Positions 1-11,789 are shown, numbered from the whole stretch's first letter. The stretch is 63,752 bases of DNA, filler included, from Octopus bimaculoides (GCF_001194135.2; 8 parts of 8 records of this genome joined end to end with filler, not necessarily neighbours in it); one strand, 5' to 3'. Notes: generated by a model not told the origin, from the letters alone. Numbers and translations are program-made.

Positions 1-30
<30 letters not shown>
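1..30. repeat. (AT)n microsatellite
   Basis: Pure AT dinucleotide run. A second AT-rich run lies at 651-735, next to a gap. Confidence 0.95.
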
Positions 31-34
<4 letters not shown>

Positions 35-107
35 GAAGAAAATCACGTTATTGATTTCTATCAGGTAGTCAGCATGCTATAAAAATTTCTAGGTAATTTA
101 TATATTA

Positions 108-649
108 AGTTAATAATAATATACATATGTATATAATTATATTAAGGGAGGAAACGCGAGAACGACCATATTCCAACATGCTTGAAGTGCCGAGACATTA
201 AAAAAACTACCAAAATCTCCAGATAAAATATACACATCATTGAAAACGAGCTAGTGAAAGAATATTCAAAGACCTCACGTTAATTGTGAATTGATTCCAA
301 TTTCTGAATTAACGCCATAAAACAAGTTTTTTTCCCTTCGTCAACACAATACACAGGATATATAAATACAAATAACTATAAATTTGTATTTATGTTTCCC
401 GTGTTTTATGTTGACGAATGAAAAAAAAACCTGTTTTATGGCTTCAATCCAGAAATTGAAACCAATTCATCATCAAAGTGAGGTCTTTTTAATATTCTTT
501 CACTCGCCCATTTTCAGTCATGTGCATATTTTATCTGAGAGTTTTCGGTAGTTTTTTTAATGTCTCGGCACTTCAAGCATGTTGGAGTTAGGTCGTTGTC
601 GCCCTTATTCCCTTAATAAAATTATATACATATGTATATTATTATTAAC

Positions 650-650
<1 letters not shown>
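108..650. mobile_element. Long imperfect palindrome (fold-back / MITE-like element), arms about 265 bp
   Basis: 108-373 is the reverse complement of 382-650, e.g. ccaacatgcttgaagtgccgagacattaaaaaaactacc vs ggtagtttttttaatgtctcggcacttcaagcatgttgg. The loop is 8 nt (374-381) and the flanks are AT runs. Confidence 0.8.
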
Positions 651-693
<43 letters not shown>

Positions 694-1295
694 TATATAC
701 ATATATATATGTATATATATGTATATATATGTATGNNNNNNNNNNNNNNNNNNNNNNNNNNNNNNNNNNNNNNNNNNNNNNNNNNNNNNNNNNNNNNNNN
801 NNNNNNNNNNNNNNNNNNNNNNNNNNNNNNNNNNNNNNNNNNNNNNNNNNNNNNNNNNNNNNNNNNNNNNNNNNNNNNNNNNNNNNNNNNNNNNNNNNNN
901 NNNNNNNNNNNNNNNNNNNNNNNNNNNNNNNNNNNNNNNNNNNNNNNNNNNNNNNNNNNNNNNNNNNNNNNNNNNNNNNNNNNNNNNNNNNNNNNNNNNN
1001 NNNNNNNNNNNNNNNNNNNNNNNNNNNNNNNNNNNNNNNNNNNNNNNNNNNNNNNNNNNNNNNNNNNNNNNNNNNNNNNNNNNNNNNNNNNNNNNNNNNN
1101 NNNNNNNNNNNNNNNNNNNNNNNNNNNNNNNNNNNNNNNNNNNNNNNNNNNNNNNNNNNNNNNNNNNNNNNNNNNNNNNNNNNNNNNNNNNNNNNCAAAA
1201 AAAAACAATTTTACAAAATATTTCTGTTCCTCTAAAAACATAAGATCTCGTTCCTAGAAAAAAAAAACGAAAATGTAATATCACCATATCATGGC

Positions 1296-1374
<79 letters not shown>
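1296..1374. repeat. (GTA)n microsatellite
   Basis: Pure trinucleotide run. Confidence 0.95.
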
Positions 1375-1753
1375 ATGGGTCGTGCAGATTCTGATTCTAA
1401 TACTGATTATAACACTAGGCAACAAATTTCAATTGTTTATTTATTTATTTATTTTTGTTACAGACTCGTAAACTACTGATCCTACCAAATTTCTGATGAT
1501 AATTTCAATTCTGATATCTAAATTTCTCTATCACATCCAGATTTTATGTAACCGGAAACCCCTATTTTTCATTTTTTTTTCTCACCTGCTTCTATTACTA
1601 AAGCCGTCTAAGCTACTTTTCTGTGCCTCGTTTTATGTTAAGCATACTTAAATAATTAGTCAACAGGGATTAAGGTTTTTTCATTGCCGTTGTGCAGTAA
1701 TATTGCTTTAAGGCTAGGTTTACTAGAGTCAAAGTACAGTCTCCACTCTTTTG

Positions 1754-1989
1754 GCAGTGGAAGGGTGTGGCTTAGTGGTTAGGTGTTAGGCTCATAATCG
1801 TAAGACTGTGGTTTCGATTCCTGGACTGAGCGACGCGTTGTGTTCTTGAGCGAAACACGTCATTACACGTTGCTGGCGTATATATTCCCCACCTGGAGTC
1901 CCGTCCAGATGCGGAATATATATGCCGGGAAACCGGCCCTTCTGAGTCGGTATGATTCGAGAAGGAAACTTAACCTAACTTTTCCTTAT
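1754..1989 (+). mobile_element. tRNA-derived SINE (family C), rearranged copy nested in the transposase
   Basis: A-box-like tggcttagtgg and B-box-like ggtttcgattcc. 7-bp TSD TCTTTTG (1747-1753, 1990-1996). Homologous to 46946-47212. Confidence 0.85.
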
Positions 1990-2029
1990 TCTTTTGAATC
2001 AAAGCGAAGGCCAATACTTTCCATCAGGC

Positions 2030-2177
2030 CACTAGCGTAGCTGTGGGGGCGGTGGTAGGGGCGGCATTTTTCATCCTGTTGTAGGCTATTGCTGTAACAA
2101 TATGTGTTTTCTGTGGGGTCCGGGGGCGACAAACGGAAGGGCCGCCCCGGGTGGCACACACTCTAGCTACGCTAGTG
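2030..2177. mobile_element. hAT-type MITE, 148 bp
   Basis: 13-bp perfect TIR CACTAGCGTAGCT / AGCTACGCTAGTG. 8-bp TSD CATCAGGC (2022-2029, 2178-2185). Confidence 0.9.
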
Positions 2178-4078
2178 CATCAGGCCACTGATACCGTGGC
2201 AGAATCAAACGTTTTCCTATTGTAAGTAAAATGATAAAAACTCCAAATGGCGATGACGAAAATAGGAAACTTTGGTATTTGGCTGAAGAAAATTCCATTC
2301 TTGAAATCTGGAACCAAGTAACTCTGCCTTTTCTTTTGGTAATTCCAAATCGCGTACTAAGTCATTTAACCCTGCTTGACTTAACAAATATGGGAAACTA
2401 GTTGCATCTGGAATATATACCCAATTTTCTCAATTTCTACATCACTAGCAGAATCTTTAGATGAACTACTCTCTGTTGTTGTTGCTGGTGGAACTAGTAG
2501 TAGACTTGTTTCATCATGTGGTACTGGTTTTATTGCTGATTCGCAGTTTGGGTACATGATTTTTGATTTGTCTTTTTTTGTGAAACCAGCAACTTTTGGC
2601 AAACAAGAATAACAATCTTTGAAGTGATTTTTCGGCTGACGCCAGACCATGGGGACTGAGAACGGCATAGCCTTTCTTTTACTATTCATCAAAGCTATTA
2701 ATATTGCATTGCACTGTGCATAGTAAATATGTGGTACCCAGTACTTCTCTTGCTCTCCTAGCTTACGGTCAAAATAATACCTGTAGGCAAGTCTAATCTT
2801 TGTTGTTATGTTTCTACGTTGTGGCTTAGGTGTATATTGTCCACAGATATAGCAGAAGTTGTCTGGGTGGCTTACACAAACACGTCCATTTGATTGCATC
2901 TTAATTACTATACAATATCTGGGGGTAAAACGTAGAAAGTAATAATTACGATATACAAAATAAAAAGAAATACATTATACACTATAGTACAAAACAAATG
3001 CTATAAAAACACACAAGTTGTTACAGCCCGTTACTTCTTTACCAGCAGAGAACTTCAACAATTGCTCTACTTGACTGTTATGCAACGACTGACCATTGGG
3101 TCGTTACTATGCTCTTGACTCAGTATTGCTAACTCCGGATAAATTTTAGTGATCAAAATCGTTAGAATTTGTATATAGTTGGCAAGCGAAAATTGCTTTA
3201 AACTTGAAAAGTATGTTTCCTATTACTGGCATTAAGCCGATTAATACCAAAATCTAGACGTGGTAGGAAATTTTATTAAGTGATTTGTATTTTACACAAA
3301 ATCTAAGCGTGATAGAAAAAATTATAGATTTGAAATCAGTACTGCAAAATTAGCGAGGAACACCTATTTGGTCTTCTGTAACAAAATCTTTGTTGCCTAG
3401 TGTAATATATGACAGTAAAAGGTTTAGTCAAGTTTAGACGCCGTCTTATTATTTATTACATCTGGCAAGTAAGATTTAGTAACATATCTGCAAGGTCTTG
3501 CTGTAGCTAGTGTTCTTGTGATTATTGTTATTGCAACTGTTGTTATTGTTGTTGTTTAGCTTCATTTCAGTCCTGATCCAGCAAAATTTGCTGTGGAGTT
3601 CGTCTCTAAAACGCAATTCATCGAAAAAGCATCGCTGGTTATTTAAAGAAAAAAAGCCTTGAAAAACACTGGTATAGATGATATCTGACTGAAATTGAAA
3701 AATTTTTACATTTAAAAAACACGGCTTTCAAATTATTTAGAAAGGTCACAATTCAATCTTTGTATAAAGAAAATGTTGGCATTTCCATGATTTTCCTATC
3801 AATCAACAGCAATAAACATGCTAAGTATTTTTCTTTCTTTCACTTTATTTCAATTTACAGTGAGAAGTCTGTGGGGCTTAGTCTTAGATAAGGCAGGGAA
3901 ACTGTATGTCAGCTGTATTAAAATTGAAATGGAGGATCCAGTTACTGACTTTTTAACATGAGACACAAATCGCAAATCTTGTTCTCTTAACGACGATACA
4001 CTACTGAGAAATTCTTGTAGTCTGTGGCTTAAGTACAGACGTAATTATTAGTACTTCATACGTCACTCATACTTTCTT

Positions 4079-4079
<1 letters not shown>

Positions 4080-4113
<34 letters not shown>
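4080..4113. repeat. (CT)n microsatellite
   Basis: Pure dinucleotide run. Confidence 0.95.
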
Positions 4114-4118
<5 letters not shown>

Positions 4119-4409
4119 TTTTCATTTCTCTCTCCCTCGCTCTCTTTCTCTCAATTTCTGTATGTATGTTTGTACATTCACACAGAAAAATCGTTAAATA
4201 ATCCATACAAATAATAGTATAGAAGAAATAGATGAGGTTGAAAGCGCAGAGAGCATATATAAAGACTTATTTACATTATAATTGATTCGCTTAATCATAC
4301 AAATGTGAAACAAGTTAAGTGTATTAATGTTAATATAAATTAATCTTCATACATACACACTGTGCATTTTCTACTTCATTTATTTCTTGTGTACACACAC
4401 ATGTGCGTG

Positions 4410-5017
4410 TGTATGTATGTGAGTGTGTCCACCACTCTGATTGGTTGGTATTGGCGCATTTTTGTCTCGTGTTCTATTTCGCGCCAGGGTGCAAACTAAC
4501 CAATCGCAGCCTTCTGATGGTGTCACGTGGAACAGTTTTCTGAACCCCTGTTTGAGCCGATTATTTCTCTTAAATAGCTAGTTTGTCTGCGCTAAGTTTG
4601 TCTTTGGCCTTAGACCTTCTAAGGTCTAGCCACTGACCACAGAGCACCAGCCAGTTCCAGCGGCGACACACCACCGTTCAACTAACTTTTTACTACAAGC
4701 TTCTTCGTCGCTAGCGTCTAGACCGACGTCCCAACGTACACACCAAACCAGCAACGCTAACATAACTTTCTCCATACTGTTTGTGTGAATTGCCTCACCA
4801 TGAAGAACGGCGAGTACACTCACACAGACATTCTAGTTAACAACCAATAAAACCTTACTTTTATACATCTGTACCGGTTGAGTCTCTCTCTTTCCTTGTT
4901 GGCACTTAACTCATTTTTACATCATTCCATCTTTTGTTTTATATATTTGTGTCGACCGTACGATGCGCTAAATAAGCCGTTCCTTCGTCACCATCTCCTG
5001 GTTGCACGGTCACTACA
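4410..5017 (+). mobile_element. Possible solo LTR
   Basis: GC-richer island with CCAAT motifs, TATA-like ttaaatag, AATAAA (about 4846) and a 3' end ...cactaCA. The 5' end and TSD were not resolved. Confidence 0.3.
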
Positions 5018-5192
5018 ATAATATACATATATACACACACACACAAGTGAGTGGACGAACGAAAGAAAGTGATACTCAATATATTTGGTTGGTGTTACAT
5101 AAACTTTTTAGCAACAGTTTGACTCGACCCCATATGACTTAAAGAGTCGTGGACGCTTAAGACAGAGCCCATCTCATTAGATATCAGAAGGA

Positions 5193-5250
5193 GATATCTG
5201 ATGAGATGGGTCGGGCCTACGAGCCCACGTACGAAACTTGAAGTCATATT
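5193..5250 (+). ncRNA. Minimal type-I hammerhead ribozyme candidate
   Basis: CTGATGA (5198-5204), G...C-closed imperfect stem II, GAAA (5233-5236), C-ttgaa-G stem III, GUC cleavage triplet (5243-5245), stem I ATAT/ATAT. Confidence 0.55.
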
Positions 5251-5619
5251 GGAGCGGAGTCAAACTGTTTTATATATANNNNNNNNNNNNNNNNNNNNNN
5301 NNNNNNNNNNNNNNNNNNNNNNNNNNNNNNNNNNNNNNNNNNNNNNNNNNNNNNNNNNNNNNNNNNNNNNNNNNNNNNNNNNNNNNNNNNNNNNNNNNNN
5401 NNNNNNNNNNNNNNNNNNNNNNNNNNNNNNNNNNNNNNNNNNNNNNNNNNNNNNNNNNNNNNNNNNNNNNNNNNNNNNNNNNNNNNNNNNNNNNNNNNNN
5501 NNNNNNNNNNNNNNNNNNNNNNNNNNNNNNNNNNNNNNNNNNNNNNNNNNNNNNNNNNNNNNNNNNNNNNNNNNNNNNNNNNNNNNNNNNNNNNNNNNNN
5601 NNNNNNNNNNNNNNNNNNN

Positions 5620-5651
<32 letters not shown>

Positions 5652-5873
5652 GAATATATGTATTCATGCATATACATGCATGTCTTGGTATTTGTGTCAT
5701 TGCAAATGACTGACAGCACACGCTTGTGTGTGTGAGAGAGAGAGACAGACAGACAGAGTGTGTATGACAGTGTGTCTGCGTGTCTCACAGTCTACATTTC
5801 ACATTGTTTTTTTCCCTTCATGTTCTTTTTAACGATTTGCGAAACCTTTTTTAACTATCATCCTTATCTTCAT

Positions 5874-5911
5874 GACCACCACCACCACAACTACCACCAT
5901 AACTATCATCG

Positions 5912-5950
<39 letters not shown>
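5874..5950. repeat. (CAC)/(CAT)n compound microsatellite
   Basis: Explains the poly-His ORF at 5760-6041. Confidence 0.9.
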
Positions 5951-5951
<1 letters not shown>

Positions 5952-6277
5952 GGCGGAGGTAAAACGCATGCACCCCACCCACTTCCGGTTTTTTGCCAAA
6001 ATTTCTTCGGATTCTTATGTTTTCGATATAGGAGATTATGATTTTGCCCCAAAATCATTCAAAATTTTAATTTCTCCCTCCCCTCCCCACCCTAATTAAT
6101 TTTTAAATTTTTCGAATTTCTTTTCTAATCCACGTAGAAAAATACAGAGATTACGAATCTGAGAACTATTTATTTTTNNNNNNNNNNNNNNNNNNNNNNN
6201 NNNNNNNNNNNNNNNNNNNNNTTAATTAATTAANNNNNNNNNNNNNNNNNNNNNNNNNNNNNNNNNNNNNNNNNNNN

Positions 6278-6311
<34 letters not shown>

Positions 6312-6312
6312 A

Positions 6313-6472
6313 AGCTTCTTTCAGTTTCCGTCTACCAAATCCACTTACAAGGTTTTGGTCGGCTCGAGGTTATAGTAGAAGACACTTGTCCAAGGTGCCA
6401 CGCAGTGGGACTGAACCTGGAACCATGTGATTGGGAAGCAAATTTCTTACCACACAGCCACTCCTGTGCCTA
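6313..6472 (-). mobile_element. SINE family A, 5' (tRNA-head) portion
   Basis: Matches the head of the fuller copies at 42653-43047 and 53170-53558 (caaggtgccacgcagtgggactgaacc...accacacagccactcctg). Confidence 0.85.
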
Positions 6473-7002
6473 TACATGTGTGTGCGTGTGTGTGTGCGTG
6501 TGCGTGTGTGTATATATATATATACACACACACATACACACACACACTAGCATGTTAGAGCAACTAAAGACGCACAAAAGTAACCTCAAGACCCTGACCT
6601 CAGGAGCTTCACAGACACTCAAATTTATCTACTTGTATAAATCTTTATGCCTACGAGGAAGTCGTTTTTTTTTTTCTTGCCTTATTTTCTATTTTCTTCT
6701 TTCAGTGTTTATCGACATTCATCCCGCAGATTTTCGAACCATAGCTGTTTGTTAAACGATGAATCTACATCTTTGATTTTAAGCTACAGGCAAAATTCCA
6801 TTTATAAGAAAATATGAACCAAATTACTTGTTGCCAGGAGCAAAACTTTTGTCTGAATGCGCATTAAATATTTTTTCTTATGGGAATTAACTTTAATTAA
6901 TATTCATTTCCTCGGTATAACATTGATTTTCAAAATAGGCACAAGCTCCGAAGCTGAAGATTAGGCGTACGGTCGTTTTAATTGACCCTCTGTATCTAAA
7001 TT

Positions 7003-7391
7003 TGTTGTTGTTGGCACTCCGTCGCTTACGACGACGAGGGTTCCAGTTGATCCGATCAACGGAACAGCCTGCTCATGAAATTAACGTGCAAGTGGCTGAG
7101 CACTCCACAGACACGTGTACCCTTAACGTAGTTCTCGGGGATATTCAGCGTGACACAGTGTGACAAGGCTGACCCTTTGAATTACAGGCACAACAGAAAC
7201 AGGAAGTAAGAGTGAGAGAAAGTTGTGCTGAAAGAGTACAGCAGGGTTCGCCACCATCCCCTGCCGGAGCCTCGTGGAGCTCTAGGTGTTTTCACTCAAT
7301 AAACACTCACAACGCCCGGTCTAGGAATCGAAACCGCGATCCTATGACAGCGAGTCCGCAGCCCTAACCACTGGGCCATTGCGCCTCCACG
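7003..7391 (-). mobile_element. Full-length tRNA-derived SINE (family B)
   Basis: Minus strand: A box TGGCCCAGTGG, B box GGTTTCGATTCC, (AAC)n tail. 11-bp TSD GTATCTAAATT (6992-7002, 7392-7402). Confidence 0.92.
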
Positions 7392-7559
7392 GTATCTAAA
7401 TTATATTTGTATTTATTAACGTTTCCTGCTGTGCTGTATATGAGGCTTTCTGTTGACGGTTTTTGTTGCACAAAAAATAGTTTGTTCTCTACTCAACCGT
7501 CCTCCAGTTTTAGAGAAGCAGATGCTGTGAGTGGATCCACACACAGCATCTGCTTCTCT

Positions 7560-7700
7560 TTATCAGGTACTTTATCAGTCGGCCTGAGAAAGAGCAAAGG
7601 CAAAGTTGATCTTGACTGGATTTGAACTGAAAACGCTGGTAGTTGGAACGAATATCACAACTAGCGTGTAATTTATCAATTCTCTCTCTACTCTCCAGAA
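7560..7700 (-). mobile_element. Degenerate SINE family D copy
   Basis: ggtacttta...aaaggcaaagttgatcttgactggatttgaact matches other D copies. Confidence 0.55.
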
Positions 7701-8084
7701 GAACTGAAGACAAAACTGACAACGGTAGGAACTGAGGTTAAAACAAAAAGGAAGACCACTAAATACCTCAAGACATTTTGTCTGGTATTCTACCGACTCA
7801 GTTATTCACTTTTCTGCCTCTGATTAAAGTTTTTGAGAATATTTTGACTGGCCACCTATCTTCAGGCGGTGAGGTTGTAAAAAAGTAAAAGCTATGTATT
7901 TAAAAAAAATTATTCTTCCTGTGAAGCAGGAGCTGATTTCTAACAAAGAAACAAAAAGCTTCCATATCTGGAATTTAAATAAGAACAACAAAAATGTGCT
8001 GAGCTTCAAAAAAGTTTTGCAAATTTTTTGCGTTCCGTTTGCATATTATATTTGTAAGGGGCGTGTTAACATCCCACTTTCTTT

Positions 8085-8285
8085 GGGTGAAAATCCTAAC
8101 TTTTCTAAACTGTCAACCAAGTATTTATAAACATTGCTAAGTACGTCAAGGATTATTGGTATAAATGTGATTTTATAATCTGGAGAGAGAAACTAGGATT
8201 CGAAACGATTCGAAACAGTTTCCATAAATATTTAACTTCTTACTTATTTTCAAAGATATATTAACATCTTCAAGATAAGTGACTC
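8085..8285 (-). mobile_element. RLE non-LTR retroelement C-terminal fragment
   Basis: Minus translation DVNISLKISKKLNIY..PDYKITFIPIILDVL..LEKLGFS resembles DVNIKL..PDYNLWFIPVIIGALG..LEKLGFS at about 16100-16270. Confidence 0.65.
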
Positions 8286-9551
8286 CTATGACTGTATATA
8301 ATTTTTCTTTTGTCAGTAACGATCGAAATAGTTGATCTCATACTTACATTATCTTATCAAATCGCAATACATTTTCATACCATTTCATTGCAAAATACAT
8401 TGTCACATTTAACTGTAACATATCCCATTATTTTTTCTATTATCTAAATCCGGTAATTCGCAAAAAATATCTTAAGCAGTTCATAATAAAATGTCAATTC
8501 AATGTATCTATTTCATTTTTCTTTAACTTGAGATGTATACTTGCCTGACCTAATCATTTTGCAGCAGTTTAAGATGTCTATTTTCATATGTACTTTTTTC
8601 TCACGTCCAAGTTTCCTAGAAATACAAAACATACTGGAATTTATTATCACTTCAAAGTACTTGTTTTAATCATTTTTACATTTTAACAATTTTCAGTACA
8701 TTACCTGTTATATTTTTCTTAAATACATAACGAATACATTTAAAATAACCTGCTTGAAAACAACCCTTTATGAAGAAGTTTCATAGAAATCTCTAGCGTA
8801 ATTCATTTTTTAAATTTACCAATATTATTCTACCTTATTCATTCTGCCTGGCTTTTTAGCCTGCAAGCTACCTTAAATCTCTTATGATTTAATCCTTTAG
8901 CATTTAAACAGGATTTATATTCAAACTGGCCAGATTGGACATCTCACACCTACTCTACAATGTCACTCTAAAAAGAAACCATCACATCATCAAAACCTCA
9001 AAGCTATGAGATAATGCATAATTAGTTAAAAAGCATTACATTTGACTGAGTAATCTGAATGCTAACGGGTTAAACTTCTTTCGTTTCCGTTTAGTTTGAA
9101 ATACTTATATTTCAAAATTAATTTTTAATTATTTAGACCAAGCAAATTACTTCTCTTCGATTAGATTTCAAGTGTAAAGCTAATCAGATCCTTTTCGCCT
9201 AGCTTTCAGATTTTTAATATTTTCTATACATTCATATTCATTTTTAAAAATATGACTACGTATTGTGTTTCTACCGATTAGATTTCTTTAAAAAAAAGTA
9301 AATTAATCTGTTAATGTCTAAGCTGCTCAATTACAAGACACCTCAGATTTAACTCTCACTTTTACCATATTTTACATCGTTTCCTCTCTACATCTCAATC
9401 TATTATTTCCCGCTCGTCTTATGTAACACGTCTGAATTTTATTAATAGAATCAGCGACCAAGAATATATTATTTATGCAAAATGATTTAGCTTATAATCG
9501 TGGCTATATATAGTGTGTCATTGTAAAAATAAAAGACGAGTAGTCAACTGT

Positions 9552-9727
9552 TAATGAAATCTTAATAGAGATTAGAATTAATCCAGTTGATCAAAAATAT
9601 ATTGACTTTCCAAGTATATAAATATGGAATCTTAATAGAGATTAGAACAACCAGCTAATGAAATCTTAATTGAGATTAAAACTAATCCGTTTGATCAAAA
9701 AACTATGACTTTCCAAAGTATATAAGT
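9552..9727. repeat. Diverged tandem duplication, period about 105 bp
   Basis: taatgaaatcttaat.gagatta.aa.taatcc..ttgatcaaaaa...tgactttcca occurs twice, with a partial copy between. Confidence 0.75.
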
Positions 9728-10649
9728 TTAACTGACACACGCAGTGTTAGCTGAAGCCTATAACTTTATTATATAATACATTACAGCATAAAGTAATGAG
9801 CAAATTTTCTTCCAGACTGTGCGAGATGGCATTGCGCATGCCAACTGTGAGACAGTGCACAGTCCTGTGTTCCGCATACGCCACGACATACAACATAAAC
9901 ATACACCACGTGAACCTGACCACAAAGCTTGAACGTTTCCACAGAGTTGCTGATGCGAAAGAGGTAGTGTGGAAGACGAGACTGAAAGGAATTGCAACAG
10001 GCATATTCATTTCCAGTCTCGGGTTAATCGACTTTTTCATTTTCCACATGAAACGGAAAATAAGGCTGGAGAAGAAATGCCTGTCGCAAAGTGTGTTTCG
10101 TAAAAGATGGAAGTCTGTAGCAAGTATGTTGCGAGTGAAAGAATCTGTCTAAACGAGAACAAAGAAAGAAAAAGCATTGTCTTCAGTATGAGTATGTGGT
10201 TTGTGGGGTCGACCGCATCCTCCGCTTCATTTTTTGTAAATCCCTCATTCTCATTTAATTGTATATATTTTAATTGTTTATTCATACATTTCGTCTCATT
10301 CGATCCCCTGACCCCAATGTTCGTTTTGTCTGTACTCGTATCGTCCCTTCTTTTTCTCAACCTCATGGTTAATAAAGAAATCGACTGTTCAGGAGTTCCT
10401 CCGCCCTTTAACGGGTCTTACTTTTCATCCCGCAAGGAGACCAACAACACCCTCCTCACCAAGCAAACCTGGTGGGGTTCCCAGTTTAGTCGCCGACGAC
10501 CCGACCATGTGACAGGTTGTACTGGATTACATGTTACCAGTAGCACTCAGTATCTAATTCTTATTTATATTTGCAAATCACATACCATAGTTTTAATTTT
10601 TTTATGTATGAATATTAATGAGCTACTCCGCATCAGTCACCGGAGTGAT

Positions 10650-11312
10650 ATTTGATCACTTTATAGAGTGTTTGGGTGTCGGTTTGGTGTCTGGAATGGG
10701 ATAGCTTACCTCATGGGCATGTAGAAGCTCTTTAACGTTGGTTGGTAACCTACCTAGGAGAAGGAAGTCTCTGAAATACAGCCTGAAGCCTTGGAAGTTC
10801 CTGGTTTTGCCAATTTACATGTCCCACTGGCGAAAGTCATCTTGGGCCAATAGATGGGGGTAGTGCAGTGCAAGATACACCCACTGAAAGTTATTCATCT
10901 GCACAAGTACTTCCTGTATACAAAATCTTAGTAAAATCATTGAATTGGTTAGCTAGCAGAAACCTAAAAATGCACTTGTAACTTACTCTAAAATGTCTCA
11001 AACAGATTCAGTAAACGAGAAAAAAGTCTTGGGAACGTCAGGCGAACAGGTCTGGCTCGGCAGATGTCTCAGTGTATCACAGGCTGGGCTCGGTCGCCAT
11101 CCTGCCACTGTGGTCAAACAATCTTCAAGAAAAAGTAAAAATAAACATCCTTTGAATTTTGGCTGTTGGAATTTGCGCACACTTCTTGATAATTTCAACA
11201 AGTGGCCAGAAAGGCGTACTGCACTTATTGCATGTGAGCTTAAGAAATATTCCCTTGATATAGTTGCGCTCTCTGAAACTCGTCTCTCAGGCGAGGGTCA
11301 AGTAAATGACCC
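10650..11312 (+). mobile_element. RTE-clade LINE 5' end (UTR plus APE endonuclease N-terminus), 3'-truncated
   Basis: LNFGCWNLRTLLD..PERRTALIACELKKYSLDIVALSETRLSGEGQ is the typical RTE endonuclease start. Confidence 0.85.
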
Positions 11313-11694
11313 TACTTACGGAAATCGAAAAGCCACGCCGCCAAAGCGAGAGGGATAGCGCACGGTAGCAGAAATGGCGGTGACAACCGGAGCAGCGAGC
11401 GTGTGAAGTAGCTGCGAGGTCCATGTTAATCGTCAGTAATACATTTTGACATGTTTAATTTGAAGCATATAGTCGCAGAAAGGGCCCCATGCGTATTTAG
11501 CGACGAGTTAAAATGTTCAGAGCTACGAAAATCGTCTACATGATTATTACAGAAATGTCATAGTAAACAAATGTGTGACTTGTGATATATAACCATGCAT
11601 TCGTTAATCATGTTAGATGTCTGTGCAATCGCGGGGCAGGCATCCACGATGTGGCAACTGGAGGAAGCGAGCGAAAAGAGAAGAGAAGAGAAGT

Positions 11695-11696
<2 letters not shown>

Positions 11697-11765
<69 letters not shown>
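11697..11765. repeat. (AG)n microsatellite
   Basis: Pure run. Confidence 0.95.
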
Positions 11766-11769
<4 letters not shown>

Positions 11770-11789
11770 GAGAAGAATCGACGATAGTA

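Larger units (their letters stand above)
1656..2899 (-). pseudogene. Disrupted DNA transposase (N-terminal Zn-finger region to first catalytic Asp)
   Basis: ORF 2381-2899 reads CVSHPDNFCYICG...FSVPMVWRQPKNHFKDCY..YPNCESAIKPVPH. After a frameshift it continues LNDLVRDLELPKEKAELLGSR. After removing two insertions it reads EWRLYFDSSKPSLKAILLHNGN. Stops are present. Confidence 0.85.
1413..3402 (-). mobile_element. Internally deleted DNA transposon, Chapaev3-like (CMC superfamily)
   Basis: Perfect 14-bp terminal inverted repeats CACTAGGCAACAAA (1413-1426) / TTTGTTGCCTAGTG (3389-3402), with looser subterminal similarity for about 120 bp. TAA direct repeat on both sides (1410-1412, 3403-3405). Transposase remnant inside. 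CAC ends plus a TWA TSD match Chapaev3 by recall. Confidence 0.8.

Noticed and set aside
7300-7391. tRNA genes suggested by A/B boxes (also at 1754, 43000 and 47150)
   Set aside because: They are heads of SINEs with bodies, tails and TSDs, not stand-alone cloverleaf tRNAs.
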